Shown here one piece after another: positions 39,572 through 52,212 of a stretch of DNA of 64,000 nt; within the stretch, counting starts at the first letter, position 1, and each line of letters opens with the position of its first letter. The translations under genes and the position numbers were made by a program. This stretch comes from Mobula birostris (lineage: Eukaryota). The notes under the pieces are model-generated. The model made no database searches. It worked only from the letters and a program-made list of their open reading frames with translations, and was not told the origin of the DNA. The stretch is taken from NCBI RefSeq assembly GCF_030028105.1, contig NC_092382.1, positions 99,836,699-99,900,698 on the forward strand, written 5' to 3'.

Positions 39572-40052
39572 ATGTTTCTGGTTCTGCAGGTCATCCTCGC
39601 CTTCCGTTGTGAGTAAGCTTGACAATAATTATTATTTTTATTTCTTTGCTTCTCTCTTTCTTTCTGATTCCCTTCACTTGCTCTACCATCTAGTCGGCTC
39701 GGAATCTGTCTCTATTTAATTATGAGCCCCCGCGTCCTCACACGATCTTTCCTCAGGCGCCGCTTCTAATTTCCGTCCTCCTCTCGATCTCTCTCCCCCA
39801 CTTCAGTTCTCTTTCATTTCCTCAATGCACCCTCTTTCTCAACCTCCCTATTGACCCGGTGTCCCCCTGTTCAATCACAGCATTTTGCCACCCAGGTCTC
39901 TTTTTCCCTGATGCGAGCTCGGTGGCGATCCAACAGACACCGACTGTCTCCGGAACTCCCGGCCAGAAGGTGACCCTGCATTGCACAGTACAGGGTGGTG
40001 ACAGTGATGCTAACTGGTTGTATTGGTAACCACAATACCCGGGAACCGCAAT
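39572..40052 (+). pseudogene. TRBV: Family A TRBV pseudogene V15, 5' half
   Basis: Leader 39572-39608; acceptor CAG changed to CTG; WY changed to W-stop; truncated in FR2. Confidence 0.85.
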
Positions 40053-40319
40053 TTTTTTTTTTTTTATTCAGTCACATTCCCAGTTTGTCAGCCGGCCAAG
40101 GAATTATGATTGATGTAGCCGTGTAGGGCAGGAAAAGCCGTTCGTTCGACGATGATGCGCCGGCTCTTCAACCTATCCCACGTTCAACCTTCTCTCTTAG
40201 ATGGACACTCAGTCAAAATTTCAAACAAACAATCGGGGCTAATTGTGCAGACAACTTTACAGATTGGCCAGCCGAGGTCTTCCAGCATTCTGCGTGCGTT
40301 ACCTGCATTTCGTTTCCCA

Positions 40320-41043
40320 GACGCTCTCCTCTATTAAAAGAAAAACAGGTTGAAAATAAACCTCACACCAATTTAATATCCCCGCACACCGCCCCCCCCA
40401 CACTTCCAGACAGTGATGTAGCCAGTCACTGATGTTTTCGAGTGTCATAGTTGACAGACCAAATTTCCTGACACTACTAATCAAATAAGAACGGTGTCTT
40501 ACAATCTTAATAGCTGCATCAATAAGTTCCATCCAGGTTAGGTCCTCAGAGATATTGACAGCCAGGAACATGAAGTTGGTCACTCTCTCCATTCGCGCTC
40601 CCTCTATGAGACTGATTTCTGTCCTTACCCTTCCTGAAGTCCACGATCAGCTCTTTGGTCTTCCGGACGTTGAGTTCAAGACTGTTGCGGCGACACCACT
40701 CCACTAGATGTCGCTCGTGTGCGTCCACTCGTTACCACCTGAAATTCTGCCAACAATGGAATTATCGCCAGCAAATTTAAAGATGTTGTTTCAGCTCTGC
40801 CTGGTCGCACAGTCATGGCTGTAGACAGAGTAGAGCAGTGGGCTAAGCACACAGTCCTGTGAAGCGCCATTGTTATTTGTCAGCGAGGTGGTGATGTTAT
40901 TTCTAATCCGCACAAATTGTGGTCGTCTGGATCCAGATGAGAGGGTGGAACAGAGGCCTAGTGTCCGTACCCTTTCGATCAGGACTGGAGGACTGATGGT
41001 TTTAAATGATAAGCTACAATCAATAAGCACCATCCTGACAGAG
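40320..41043 (-). mobile_element. Rex1/Babar- or L2-type non-LTR fragment (duplicated at about 54060-54775)
   Basis: GASQDCVLSPLLYSVYSHDC and LVEWCRRNSLELNVRKTKELIVDFRK reverse-transcriptase motifs on the minus strand. Confidence 0.8.
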
Positions 41044-41173
41044 GCATCAAGGCCGAGCAGCACTCTGTTTCAACTGGAACTGAGACAAGCATCGGCCTCC
41101 CACACCGCCGTCTCCTTCTGCGCTTATTGTATAGCACAGAACCTGAATTAGCGAATTTCCCACCACAAACTAA
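41043..41173 (+). pseudogene. TRBV: 3' remnant of a family B TRBV (paralog of V21)
   Basis: SRPSSTLFQLELRQASASHTAVSFCAYC; RSS CACAGAA-23-ACAAACTAA; CTCF motif CCACTAGGGGGCAG at 41214-41227. Confidence 0.82.
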
Positions 41174-41929
41174 CTTCCAGCCAAACAGAGGGAATTTCTG
41201 CGGCCCTGCTGCACCACTAGGGGGCAGCACACGGACGGTGTCTGGCAGTTCTTGTGTGTCACGCAGCAGCAACACTCCGCTGGCTTTCCTCGGGTGCGCC
41301 ATTTTGTGTCAGACATCACAAAAAGACTAGCATTCACTTAGGATAGAAAACGGCTTTTCATGGCAAATGCCGCTCAATCAAGGGCAGTTTACTCCAGGGA
41401 GACCTGCACGCAGCGCTATTGGCTTTGATATCCACCTCATTATGGACTTGCTCACCTGCACTGGGCTTTCCCTGTCGCTTTGAAACTTTATTGAAGTGCC
41501 TTATTTCACAGCAATGGGTACTGTAGTGAGTCGATCTGCAGAACAGGTGTTTAACTCTAAAGCGATACACGTGGCCTCAATGTACCGTGTAATGAACTGA
41601 TGTCTGCCAATAAGCTTGTCACAGTATGTTAAAGAGCCAATGGCGATGTCTTCCAGAAATGTTCCGAGTTGATAGAGCACGTTGCGTGCGTTGATATATT
41701 GATACTTAGGATATTGGCAAACATTTCATCTACCCCAGAACTGTTTGGTGCGATATACAACACTGCCATCGTAGACAGCAGCTTACCATCTGCCATTTTT
41801 TTGCCTGGTTTGGTGGAGGACCCTCTCACAATATGGGAAAACCACAGCAGACCGCAGAGAGAGATGAAAATATCAAGAGGACAACAACAGATTGCTGTAA
41901 ATCCTGGCAACAGGCAGAAAATGCTGGGG

Positions 41930-42360
41930 AAATTCAACAATCCCGGCGGCATCTCTGGAAAAGAGCACAGTCGTCATTTCTGGCCGAGAAACACTTCGTC
42001 AGTGCCAGAGAAAGAAAAAGACAATGATGGCGAGTAGATGAGGGGAGTGAGAGACAGAGTGATAGTGAAACTGGGAGCGGGACGCGTGATGGAAAGAGCT
42101 GGGAAGTTGATTGGTGACAAAGATACAAGGCTGAAGAAGGGGAATCTGATAGAAGAGGACAGAAGGCCATGGAAGAAAGAAAATGGGGGAGGAGGACCAG
42201 ATGGAGGTGATGTGCAGGCAAGGAGAGACAGAAAGAGAAAAAAAGGCATGGGAGGTGTTCGAGGGATTAGCTGGAATTCGACCAATCGATGTTCATGCCA
42301 TCAGTTTGGAGGCTACCCAGACGGAATACAAAGTGTGTTGCTCCATCAGTGTGAATATAT
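41930..42360 (-). mobile_element. Penelope-like 3' fragment (paralog within 56880-57330)
   Basis: Same purine-rich 3' region as the other PLE copies; degenerate hammerhead near 41970-42005. Confidence 0.6.
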
Positions 42361-43134
42361 CGCGACAGTGGAAAGGGCCTTAGATTGATGTCGGAATTGG
42401 AATGGTCGCAACACTAGAGGTCGCTGGAAGAATCCGGATCTCACAGGCGTCAACCATTTTAATTCCAATACATGATTAATTGACAACTAAACGGAAAGAT
42501 GGAAAATCAATTTGCAAAAGAAGACAATCTGAACAATTTAAAACAGAGCAAAGAAGTAGAAGACGAATTAAAAAGTACAGAAAGGTTTACTAGTAAATGA
42601 TTTGTAGAAATCGTGAAAGTGGGGCATAGGGTTTGACAGAGTTCAGTGTTGAGGTGATTCGGCAGCCCGAACCTCCGTGGATAACTTCAGTATCCTCAGC
42701 ACTGAAGAGGACATGCTGGCGGTTACATCAAGCATTGTTATGAGATTATGGCGAAAGGCGAGAACTTTGGGCATGGAAGTGATACACGGGTCAATACACC
42801 TTAAATAAATAAATTGAAGCTCTATTGTAGATGCATCCTTGGTTCCCCAGGATCTAAGTGCCGATTGTTTTAAACCGGTTTTCCCGGGATATGTGCCACC
42901 CAGCTTAGAATCATCCAAACGCATCTGCATTACATGAACTCGTTTGGGTTCTTCTTGTTATTGTCTCAACAATGACAACCGCGTCAAAAGAGCTGTGCCG
43001 CTACGGAAGTGACGTAATTGTTAGACAGCCAACGGGAAGACAGGTCCTTTGTCAGACCACGGAGAGAGACTTCCCTGACATTTGATACTGAGCTTCATTC
43101 GACTCCACTCAGAGGAACTATCCTCATCCTGTCA

Positions 43135-43417
43135 ATGATGGTCTGGGGGACACTTTACCTCCAGCTGATTGTGGTGGCCATCCCGCGTAAGTTAAACTCA
43201 CAGGTCTGGGGGTAAGCGGGTGTCGAATGTCCTGTTTAGACTGACGTCGTCCAGCATCGAACGTGGTTAGGCTTGGTAGTATTATTCGCCAGAAGGGCAA
43301 AGGTTTGATGCATCCCTTTCAACTCATCAGCATAATGAAGAAATTTCATTGTCTGCGCACGTCTGTACTTCGTAGACACCGTGTGCGTGCATCTTTGCTG
43401 TAACGGAGAGAAACACA

Positions 43418-43457
<40 letters not shown>

Positions 43458-43929
43458 TCAAAGTTAGGTCATTTGGCATATATTCGAGCATGTTCATGGC
43501 GCGACGATGTTGTATCTCGCCGATTGCACATCGCACAACAGTGTCTTCGAGCGCATCAACCGCTCCTTCTAACTAACTTAACCCTTGTTGAACAATTGAG
43601 GGAAATTAAAATCGAATCGTATTTCTGTCTTGCAGGGATTCGCTCCGCGTATGTGGAGCAATCGCCGTCGTCCATGTCAATCGGTGTGGGACAGCCGTTC
43701 AGCGTCGTATGCACTGTGCTGAATACGCGCTATCAAGATCTGTATTGGTACAGACAGCTATCGGACCGGACAATAAATGCTCTCTTCTATTCTGTTGGAC
43801 AAGGTTCGGTTACGAACTACACATCCGATTCCTACACGGCGACAAGACCCAGCAACACTCAGTTTAAACTGGAAGCGACACATGCATCCGCCTCCCACTC
43901 CGCCGTCTACTACTGCGCCTGTAGTAGCG
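43135..43929 (+). CDS. TRBV: TCR beta V segment V16, family B (B1 subgroup), apparently functional (leader 43135-43186, V exon 43636-43929)
   Basis: Leader MMVWGTLYLQLIVVAIP; exon SAYVEQSPSSMSIGVGQPFSVVCTVLNTRYQDLYWYRQ...SHSAVYYCACSS; RSS CACAGAG-23-ACAAAAACC at 43930-43968. Confidence 0.88.
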
Positions 43930-44007
43930 CACAGAGCTTCAGATAACGAGTCTGCCACGACAAAAACCTTCAAGCCAATCGTAGAGAAGTTCAGTGGTCC
44001 TGCTGTA

Positions 44008-44021
44008 CCACTAGGTGGCAG
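44008..44021 (+). promoter_or_regulatory. CTCF motif downstream of V16 RSS
   Basis: CCACTAGGTGGCAG, 40 bp after nonamer end. Confidence 0.75.
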
Positions 44022-45835
44022 CAACGAACTGTGATCGTCTGCTCCCTTCTGTCACGAACGGATAACACTCGATTTTCGATTTCTATTCACGTGCCAAGAG
44101 GAGGCCACTCCCAAGCTAGAGGAACAACCTCCTATATTCCGTCTAAAAACCCACCATCCTGATAGTATGTAAATCGATTGCTTCACCACCCCCATTCCCG
44201 ACACAGACTTTTTACTTATTTACACCTATTACTTCTCCACGGCCCTTTGCTCCTTCCCTTTTCCCTTTTGTCCACTCTCCTCTTCTACCATATTCTTTCT
44301 TCGCCAGCCCTTAACCTTTCCCACCCAACTGTCTTCACCTATCACCTTTCAACTGGCCTTTGTTCCCTCCCGCAACTTTTAAATCAGGCATCTCCCTCTC
44401 CCTCTCAGTCGTGATGAAGGGACTCGGCCTGAAGTGTCCAATTCGTACTCTTCCATAGAGAGTAGTACCATACAGAGAGCGACAGCAGAAACTCCCTCCA
44501 CCTATTCACCGAGAGGGGCAGCACGGTCATTACGCCTCTTGGCGGCGGCAATACTATATGTATCGTTGCTACTTGTCCCGCGCAAAAGTTATGCTGGTGT
44601 ATATGTACAAGCTTGCTGTACGGATGTATCTGTACAAATGCGAGCACTTCGTACAAACAACTATATATTCTACCCATATCTGATTAATGGGGAGATGTTA
44701 TATTATGTTCTGTAAGTTTCGAGACCTGCTGTACCTAATACAGTAACCAGTCGGTGTATGTTCGTGGTCTATTGTGCATTCAGAGATGCTCTTCCGCACA
44801 CCTCTGTTGTAACAGATCGTTATTTTCACCCAGATAATTCCCACAAATATTTCTGTTTCCTACCATTCTCCGTAAACACTGGAAAACGTTTCAGGTGATT
44901 TTTCCAGCGTTTCGGTAGTTTCTGAGATACCCAACCTCTCCTGGACTGGCACCAATAATCATTCTACGGTCAAAGTCACTAAGATCACACTGCTTCCTCA
45001 TTCTGATGACTGGGCCGAACAGCAACAGAACCTCTGCAACATGCCGGCATGCTGGTCTGCAACGGGTTGCTGCAACACGTCTGGATGTTGAGACATCTGC
45101 ATCAACGAGTCGGTGTACAGCTATCGAATAAAGCGGTCACTTCATCTGCGTATTTGAAGGGAATCGCTGATAGATGGGTCTGCAAGCCTGCAAACGACAC
45201 AACGATAAGCAGCATACTGTAATGTAGTTTGTCAAATGACAGTGCGGGAGATTCTGTCGTTCTCGCACAGCTGTAGATAATAACATGGCCACTGATGAAA
45301 TCTTGCGGTTTTACCTCTGCTGACCTTCGCTGCATCTGCACTTTCCCCGTATCCTCTTCAGAGATGCGAGGTCAAAAATATTAAGCATTATTGCCTGTTT
45401 ACGTTCCAACCAGGAACGGGAAAGGGTTTTCCCACAGCTAATTACAACCATAATTTCAGCATGTGAGTTCAGGGATGGGGAGAAACATACAGATGCGTTT
45501 TGAATAATTCAGGANNNNNNNNNNNNNNNNNNNNNNNNNNNNNNNNNNNNNNNNNNNNNNNNNNNNNNNNNNNNNNNNNNNNNNNNNNNNNNNNNNNNNN
45601 NNNNNNNNNNNNNNNNNNNNNNNNNNNNNNNNNNNNNNNNNNNNNNNNNNTCCTCGATAAAGCGACGCTGCAGATTCTGCGACCCCCACTCTCCTCCGCC
45701 TTTCGAATGACGACAGGAAGTGAATGACGTCATGTGGCCGTAATGCGCCAACAATTATATCTGGCAATTTAGTTCTTCTGCAGGCTGATCTTGAACGGCA
45801 CTCCACCCAAAAGCCCACCAGTATCCACTCTGTGA

Positions 45836-46285
45836 ATGATGGTGCGAGGAAAATATTGTCTTCCGCTGATTGTGGCATTTATCCAGCGTAAGTCAGGATA
45901 ACAATGGTTCTGGGGAAGGTAACTCAGGTTCAGAGAATGGGTTGCCATTTGTTGAGAGAAATTATGCTCTAATGGAATTTCTCCCTTGCAGGGATTCTGG
46001 CCGTGGACGTGGAGCAGTCGCCCCCTTCCCTGTCAGTTGGATTGGGAGAGTCAAGAACCGTCCAATGCACGCTGCTGAATTTGGACTATGATTATATGTA
46101 TTGGTACAGACAGCGACCGGACGGGGCAATCGAAGCTCTTTTCCGTTCTGTTGGGAAAGATTTCGTCGACAGTTACACGTCGGAATCCTACGCGGCAAGA
46201 AGACCCAACAGCACTTTCTTTCAACTGGAAGTAAAGAACGCCTCGTACTCTCACTCGGCCGTCTATTTCTGCGCCTGTAGTAGCG
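45836..46285 (+). CDS. TRBV: TCR beta V segment V17, family B (B2), apparently functional (leader 45836-45887, V exon 45992-46285)
   Basis: Leader MMVRGKYCLPLIVAFIQ; exon VDVEQSPPSL...QCTLLNLDYDYMYWYRQ...SHSAVYFCACSS; RSS CACAGAG-23-ACAAAAACT at 46286-46324. Confidence 0.88.
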
Positions 46286-47353
46286 CACAGAGGTTGAGAA
46301 GTCGTGCCGCCTCTGACAAAAACTGTTCTGCACAATCACTGAAGGCTCAGAACCGGTTATTACCCACCAGTAGGGGTCGCTGCACATTGAGCTTCGCTGT
46401 CCGGGTCGCGTCCAGCATAACACTGCAATTGCATTTTGATTCCTCCCATCCGCACAACCCAATACCTAATATCAGGAATTCAGATCCGGAGGAAAAGGCA
46501 AGGTTGCCTGAAGTAATTCAGAAACACTTCACACAAAAGAAAAACAATGACCGCCCCGAATGTCTTACGAGGCTAAAGGAATTTGGCAAGTCCCCTTTGA
46601 ACCACAGAAAAATTTACAACTGAAATCCTTAAATTATTTGCAGGGATGGCGTTCAAAGCGATCTTCATTTTGGCTTCTGGCGATAATAACAAATTTATGT
46701 TGTGTTTGTATAAATAACTTATTGGTAGATTAATCATTAGCTTAAACCCTCCTGAACACCTTCAGCAAAACTGGCAGGAAGAGAATTTGTTCACCCTCGC
46801 GCTCATATGTAGCCCGTCCCTGTGGTACAGGACGCACCTTCCCCAGAACAGATACCAGTGAGGTTTCAACCCATAAACGGAAACTAAAATTGCAGTTATA
46901 TAATAGAATGGTAGAGAGATCGATCGATACATAGACGCATACAGATATACACAGATGGATGGATAGATAGATAGATAGACAGATAGGGTAGGGAGGGGGA
47001 GACAGACNNNNNNNNNNNNNNNNNNNNNNNNNNNNNNNNNNNNNNNNNNNNNNNNNNNNNNNNNNNNNNNNNNNNNNNNNNNNNNNNNNNNNNNNNNNNN
47101 NNNNNNNNNNNNNNNNNNNNNNNNNNNNNNNNNNNNNNNNNNNNNNNNNNNNNNNNNNNNNNGGAAACTCATAATTCTGTTTTTTTTCGCTCTTCTTCTG
47201 GTTTTTGATTTGAAATGATGCTCAGGAAGTGACGCAGCCGTCCACCGGACTGTAGCATAGCCGCAGTGCAAACAGAAAACGCAATGTGCTTCTCCTGAAT
47301 GCTGGCATTCTGCTATACGTGATGCCAAAGCGGTTGGTGTCTCTCTGGGGCGG

Positions 47354-48281
47354 ATGTTGGCATGTGGGACACATTGAATGCTGTTGATCCCAAGTAATTC
47401 AAAGCATCATAGAACCATGGAGAGGGCTGGTGTTCTTGGCGGAGTTTCGTAGCGCGACGTTGGCCGTGGTTTATCTTGATAAAGGTTGGGAAATTCGAAT
47501 CCTCCTTTATTACTCATGTCCCTCAACTGCAAGATCAGACCATCAATGTGGACGGCCGTCCCTCTCCCCTTTCTGTTTGGTCTTTGAAATGATATATCTT
47601 CTCTGGAAGACGGGATTAAACTTGGAAGATGCATTTGCATGTTTATCGGAGGTACAGTAAAGTGGGTTGACGAACGGATCCTAAGCACTGATCAAGTTCG
47701 ACTAAGTTGTCAGATATCCCCGTGTAATTATTCATTCTGCTCTCAGTTTGTCTAACTTGACCTACGGCACGTTTCGTTACTATGGCGTTTTTCACGTGCT
47801 GTTCATGAGTCCAATGGATGATATCTCGTTGGTTTTCCTAAGGATGGCCGGTAATTTTTATGGGCACGTGTTGTTTCTCCCTGACTTTGCAGAATACCTG
47901 GTCTATTATTGACAGAAAGTAAGAGTCTAATAGATTTTCCACCTTGCAGGCGTTCTGGCCGTGTACGTGGAACATGTGCCTCCCTCCTTGTCAACTGGAG
48001 TTGGCGAGTCAGTCAACGTCACATCACGCTGTTCAATACTGACGGTAGGAATATGTTTTGGTACAGACAGAGACACGGCTGGGCAACAGAAGCTCTTATC
48101 TTCTGCGCTGGGCAAGGCATCGACACGAAGTCCACAACCGAGTCCAACACGGCCACGAGAACGAGCAGCGCACTGTTCAAACTGGAAGTGAAAGGCGTCT
48201 CGCCCTTCCACTTCGATGTCTTCTTCTGCACTGGTATCAGCGCACAGAGCTAGACCAGCCGAATCTGGTGTGACAGAAACC
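47354..48281 (+). pseudogene. TRBV: Family B (B3) TRBV pseudogene V18
   Basis: Leader 47354-47393 has an in-frame TGA; V exon from 47950 has a frameshift at Cys23; RSS CACAGAG-23-ACAGAAACC at 48243-48281; CTCF motif CCACTAGGGGGCAG at 48321-48334. Confidence 0.85.
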
Positions 48282-49739
48282 TTCTGCCCTATTACTGGGA
48301 GATTCATAAGCAGATTCGCACCACTAGGGGGCAGTAGCAGATTGCGTTTCTCAACTCATTTTATATCTGGCATCGGATCCATTTTACTCTGGTCCGGTAT
48401 TGCTTAGCTCTGAGGCACAGGACCGTGCCTCTTATACACCTTTCCCTGCACTACACGACTTTGCGTGTTTCAGCTTTCTTTGATTTTGTCTGATCCATTG
48501 ATAATCACATAGGACCAAAGTGAAGGCTGAGTCACAGGTAGACTGTGCAACGTGGGAAACATTTGACAACATCGACTTCATCCATCGGAGCTTTTATAGA
48601 GCTGGGATGTGTCACGGGCGAGCAGAACCAGAACGAAAGTGGAGTTCAATGATTAACCTTTTTTGTTCAGTCATTTTGGATTATCTATCTGCCTATCTAA
48701 CTGTACATCTATCTATCTATCTGTCTATCTGTCTAACTGTCTATCTGTCTATCAATCAATCTATCTATCTATCTACCTATCTCACTGTCTATCGATCTAT
48801 CTATACAGACAGAATCGTGATGGTCGCTGACGTTCCATGTAGATGGGACAAATAAAGTAAATCATCGATCATAACTTGCAAAATGAGATCTGTTAATTCT
48901 GACATAAATACTCAGATACATATCAAGATAAATACATCAAGATATACACCGATAAGAAAGTTATGGAGTTATGAGAAGTGTGATCACTGGTAAGAAATNN
49001 NNNNNNNNNNNNNNNNNNNNNNNNNNNNNNNNNNNNNNNNNNNNNNNNNNNNNNNNNNNNNNNNNNNNNNNNNNNNNNNNNNNNNNNNNNNNNNNNNNNN
49101 NNNNNNNNNNNNNNNNNNNNNNNNNNNNNNNNNNNNNNNNNNNNNNNNNNNNNNNNCCCGGGCCAACAGCTTCGAACCGGCACTCTGCTCTCTCTGTACT
49201 AATCATCACTCGGAGCACTTTTTCAATGGTTAACAGCGGAATACGGGAATCTCCGTTGGCCAGTTCATCGGTTCCTTCTTCGCCCAACTCCAAGCACCTG
49301 TCAGGAACAATAAACTGCCTACTTCTGCTTTCCGTGATCCGTTCGATTTCAACGTTTCCTTCCATATTGAAATCCACCGTGGCCAGCATAGGAAGGAAGA
49401 GAGAGTTGGAGGGGGGGAGGGAGAGAGAGAGAGTGAGAGAGAGAGAGAGAGAGAGCAAGAAAGAAAGCTTCGGAAGAAGGGAATGCACGGAGACAATCAA
49501 CATTTGTCTATCGATGGGAGACGGATATGGTAAGTCAAGAAGGGAGAATGATAATACGGCAAAGTATAACTCCGCCTGCCTCGATTCTGATTGGCCAAAA
49601 GAAGTAGTGGGCGTGGCCATCCGTATCACCAATGACCATTTAGGTCACTGAGTTACGCGACAAGCGGGACTGAAGTGAGTGGATTCATTGCTACTGGACA
49701 CATCACTTTCACTTGGGACGGAATAAACCTCCGGGGGAG

Positions 49740-50334
49740 ATGTTCCTGTTTCTCCAACTGATCGTCTCCTTCCACTGTGAGGGAAAAAAAATTGCTTATA
49801 GTTTTTCCTCTCTTTTCCCTAGGGTATTCCTCGCTTCCTCCCGTTCTGTGCCTTTTCTGTCTCAATCTGCGCTTTTCTCCGCCCATTTCCATCCTCACTC
49901 TGATCTTCCTTCGTCGGAACCTCTCCATACCGACCGCCGCCCGAAAGTACCCCAGCTTCAATCGTCCCCGTTCTCTACCCTGTGGTTCTCGCCGTCCGCA
50001 TACTCACCTCTTTTCACTCCCACTCTCTTCTTCAGATGTGACCCCGGTGACGATCCAGCAGATCCCAGCTTTCTCCGGTCCTATTGGCCGGGCTGTGACG
50101 CTGAACTGTACTGTCGAGGGGAGTAGCAACACGGCTGATACGATGCTCTGGTACAGACAACACCCGGGACAGGGGCTCGAGAACTTGTTCTACTCTACAT
50201 ATGCCGGTAACGTGCAACCAAAGGGGCCGCTGTATGGCTTTACTGCAGAAAGACCGAGCAGCTACATCTTCAGGCTGAGCTCCGTCGCCTTGGAGGCGAA
50301 TTCGTCAGCCGTGTACTTCTGTGCCTGGAGTGAT
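49740..50334 (+). CDS. TRBV: TCR beta V segment V19, C subgroup, apparently functional (leader 49740-49776, V exon 50036-50334)
   Basis: Leader MFLFLQLIVSFH; exon VTPVTIQQIPAFSGPIGRAVTLNCTVEGSSNTADTMLWYRQ...NSSAVYFCAWSD; RSS CACAGCG-23-ACAAAAACC at 50335-50373; CTCF-like CCGACAGATGGCGC at 50415-50428. Confidence 0.88.
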
Positions 50335-51575
50335 CACAGCGACTGAGTCAGACGGAGGAGCTGAACAAAAACCTCACCGTCTTGATGTCAATCGAAGCGC
50401 GGGTGTGAGCCCGTCCGACAGATGGCGCTGCAATGTTGCCGCTGAGAGAAATAACAGGTCGACGATATCGCACCTGCTCTTGTCATGTCGTTCTCTTGAT
50501 TGGTATTCAAATGGTGGGGACGATTCTGCACAGATAATTTTGCACCCGTTCTGTGTGTTTTTTTTTTCGCTGAAAGCTACCGTCGGATGATCAGACTATA
50601 TAGACACTACCTCCAAAGAAATTCCCCATTCTTAGATCCTCCGCACTTAATCCACCACATCCATTGTTCGAAACACAAAATGCTCGGACATTTAGTGTGT
50701 GGAGGAACAGCAGGACCTGGGTGTACAACGGTAGGAGACACACTGCGAACGGTCTGAAATGATCAGGAACAGTGGGTGTTCGTCCAGAAGGTCACGACAC
50801 GCACCGGGAATGGGGTGCAACGATGAAAAAGCAGTCGGCTCTCGGTGTACAAGGACAGGACACAAACAGTAAATGGTGTGAAGATCTGACGAGCAGCGGA
50901 CCGTTGGTGTACCAGGGAAGGATTCACTGTGAATGTTGGAACCTCGGTTTTCAAGGGTAGGACACACACAGAGAATGATGTGAAGTTTTGAGGAACAGGG
51001 AACTTCGGTGAACTTCCCTTTCCACGCTCAGTTGTTTGGGATGTCGGGGTCCTCAGGAATGGAATTATTTGATGCGCAACAGAAGACAGTTGTCAGCAAG
51101 AGAACGGGTGAGCTGACCGCCATCTAAGGGGCGGCTTTCACTCAGACGGCGAGGTGTTGTTATTCCTCAGAGTACATCGCGCAGGCGTTGTTCTTTCGTT
51201 CTTCCCTAAGCATTCAAATGAGGGAAATTCTGCGGCGCAAGGAACTTCACAGCCGGTTCTTCGTTACATGACCGCGTTGATCGTAACTTCCCAGTGAACC
51301 CAACTAGATTGAGATTTCCAACTCCCTGCTGTCTCCCTACACCTACCTCCCGCCCATTCGTCCCGTTGCCCGTCATTGGAGGGTTCTTTCTCACTGCGCC
51401 GGAGGGAGGCCAATCTCTCGAATGAGGCAGGCTCATAGAAGGGGCGTGGCTGATTGCTACTTCCGCAAAACTCCCTACGTCATTGGGATACGTAACAAAC
51501 GGGGTCGAAGTGAATGAATTCGCCTCCGCCGCCCGCACCACTTTCATCACTGAGAGAGTAAACCCTCCAAGGAAG

Positions 51576-52212
51576 ATGTTCCTGTTTCTGCAATTCATCC
51601 TCGCCTTCCGCTGTGAGTGAAATTTCAAAAATATTATTTCTTCTCCCATTGCTTCCTTTCACATTCCCTTCACTCGCTTTGCCCTCGGGTAGTCTCGGAC
51701 TCATTCCTTATTAATTTACTAGCCCTCCCGTCCGCACACTCTCTTCCCTCTGCCGCCGGCTTCAAATTTAAAACACCTTTGAAGATTACACGACTGCAAT
51801 TCCCCTCCTACCTTCCCTCAATGTACCCTCCTGCTAACCTTCACCAGTGATCCGGTGATCCGGTTCTCCGTGTCCATTCACACCGCTCTGCCACCCTCGT
51901 CTCTTTTTTCCAGGCGCGACCTCGGTGACGATCCACCAGACTCCAGGTTTCTCCGGAACTGCCGGCCAGAAGGTGACCCTGCGTTGCACAGTAGAGGGTA
52001 GTACCAGTGGTGCTAACTACTTGTACTGGTACCGACAAGACCCGGGAAAGTGTCCGGAGTACATGTTTTACTCGAGCACAGTTAATTCCGTGTACCCAGA
52101 GGGATTGGTCGACGGTTTTACGGCGGAGAGACCGCAGACCAACAAGTTCTCCCTGGAGTCCGACAAACTGGAGGCGAATTCGTCGGCCGTGTATTTCTTC
52201 GCCTGGAAAGAT
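51576..52212 (+). pseudogene. TRBV: Family A TRBV V20: open frame but Cys104 replaced by Phe (probably non-functional ORF)
   Basis: Leader 51576-51612; V exon from 51914 ends SAVYFFAWKD (TGC changed to TTC); RSS CACGGCG-23-ACAAAAACT at 52213-52251 is otherwise like its paralogs. Confidence 0.82.

Noticed and set aside
22160-50330. Cryptic reverse heptamer (T/C)TCTGTG at the YxC codons of family A/C as a V-replacement signal
   Set aside because: It is explained by Phe/Leu-Cys-Ala codon usage; no nonamer was seen at 12 or 23 bp.
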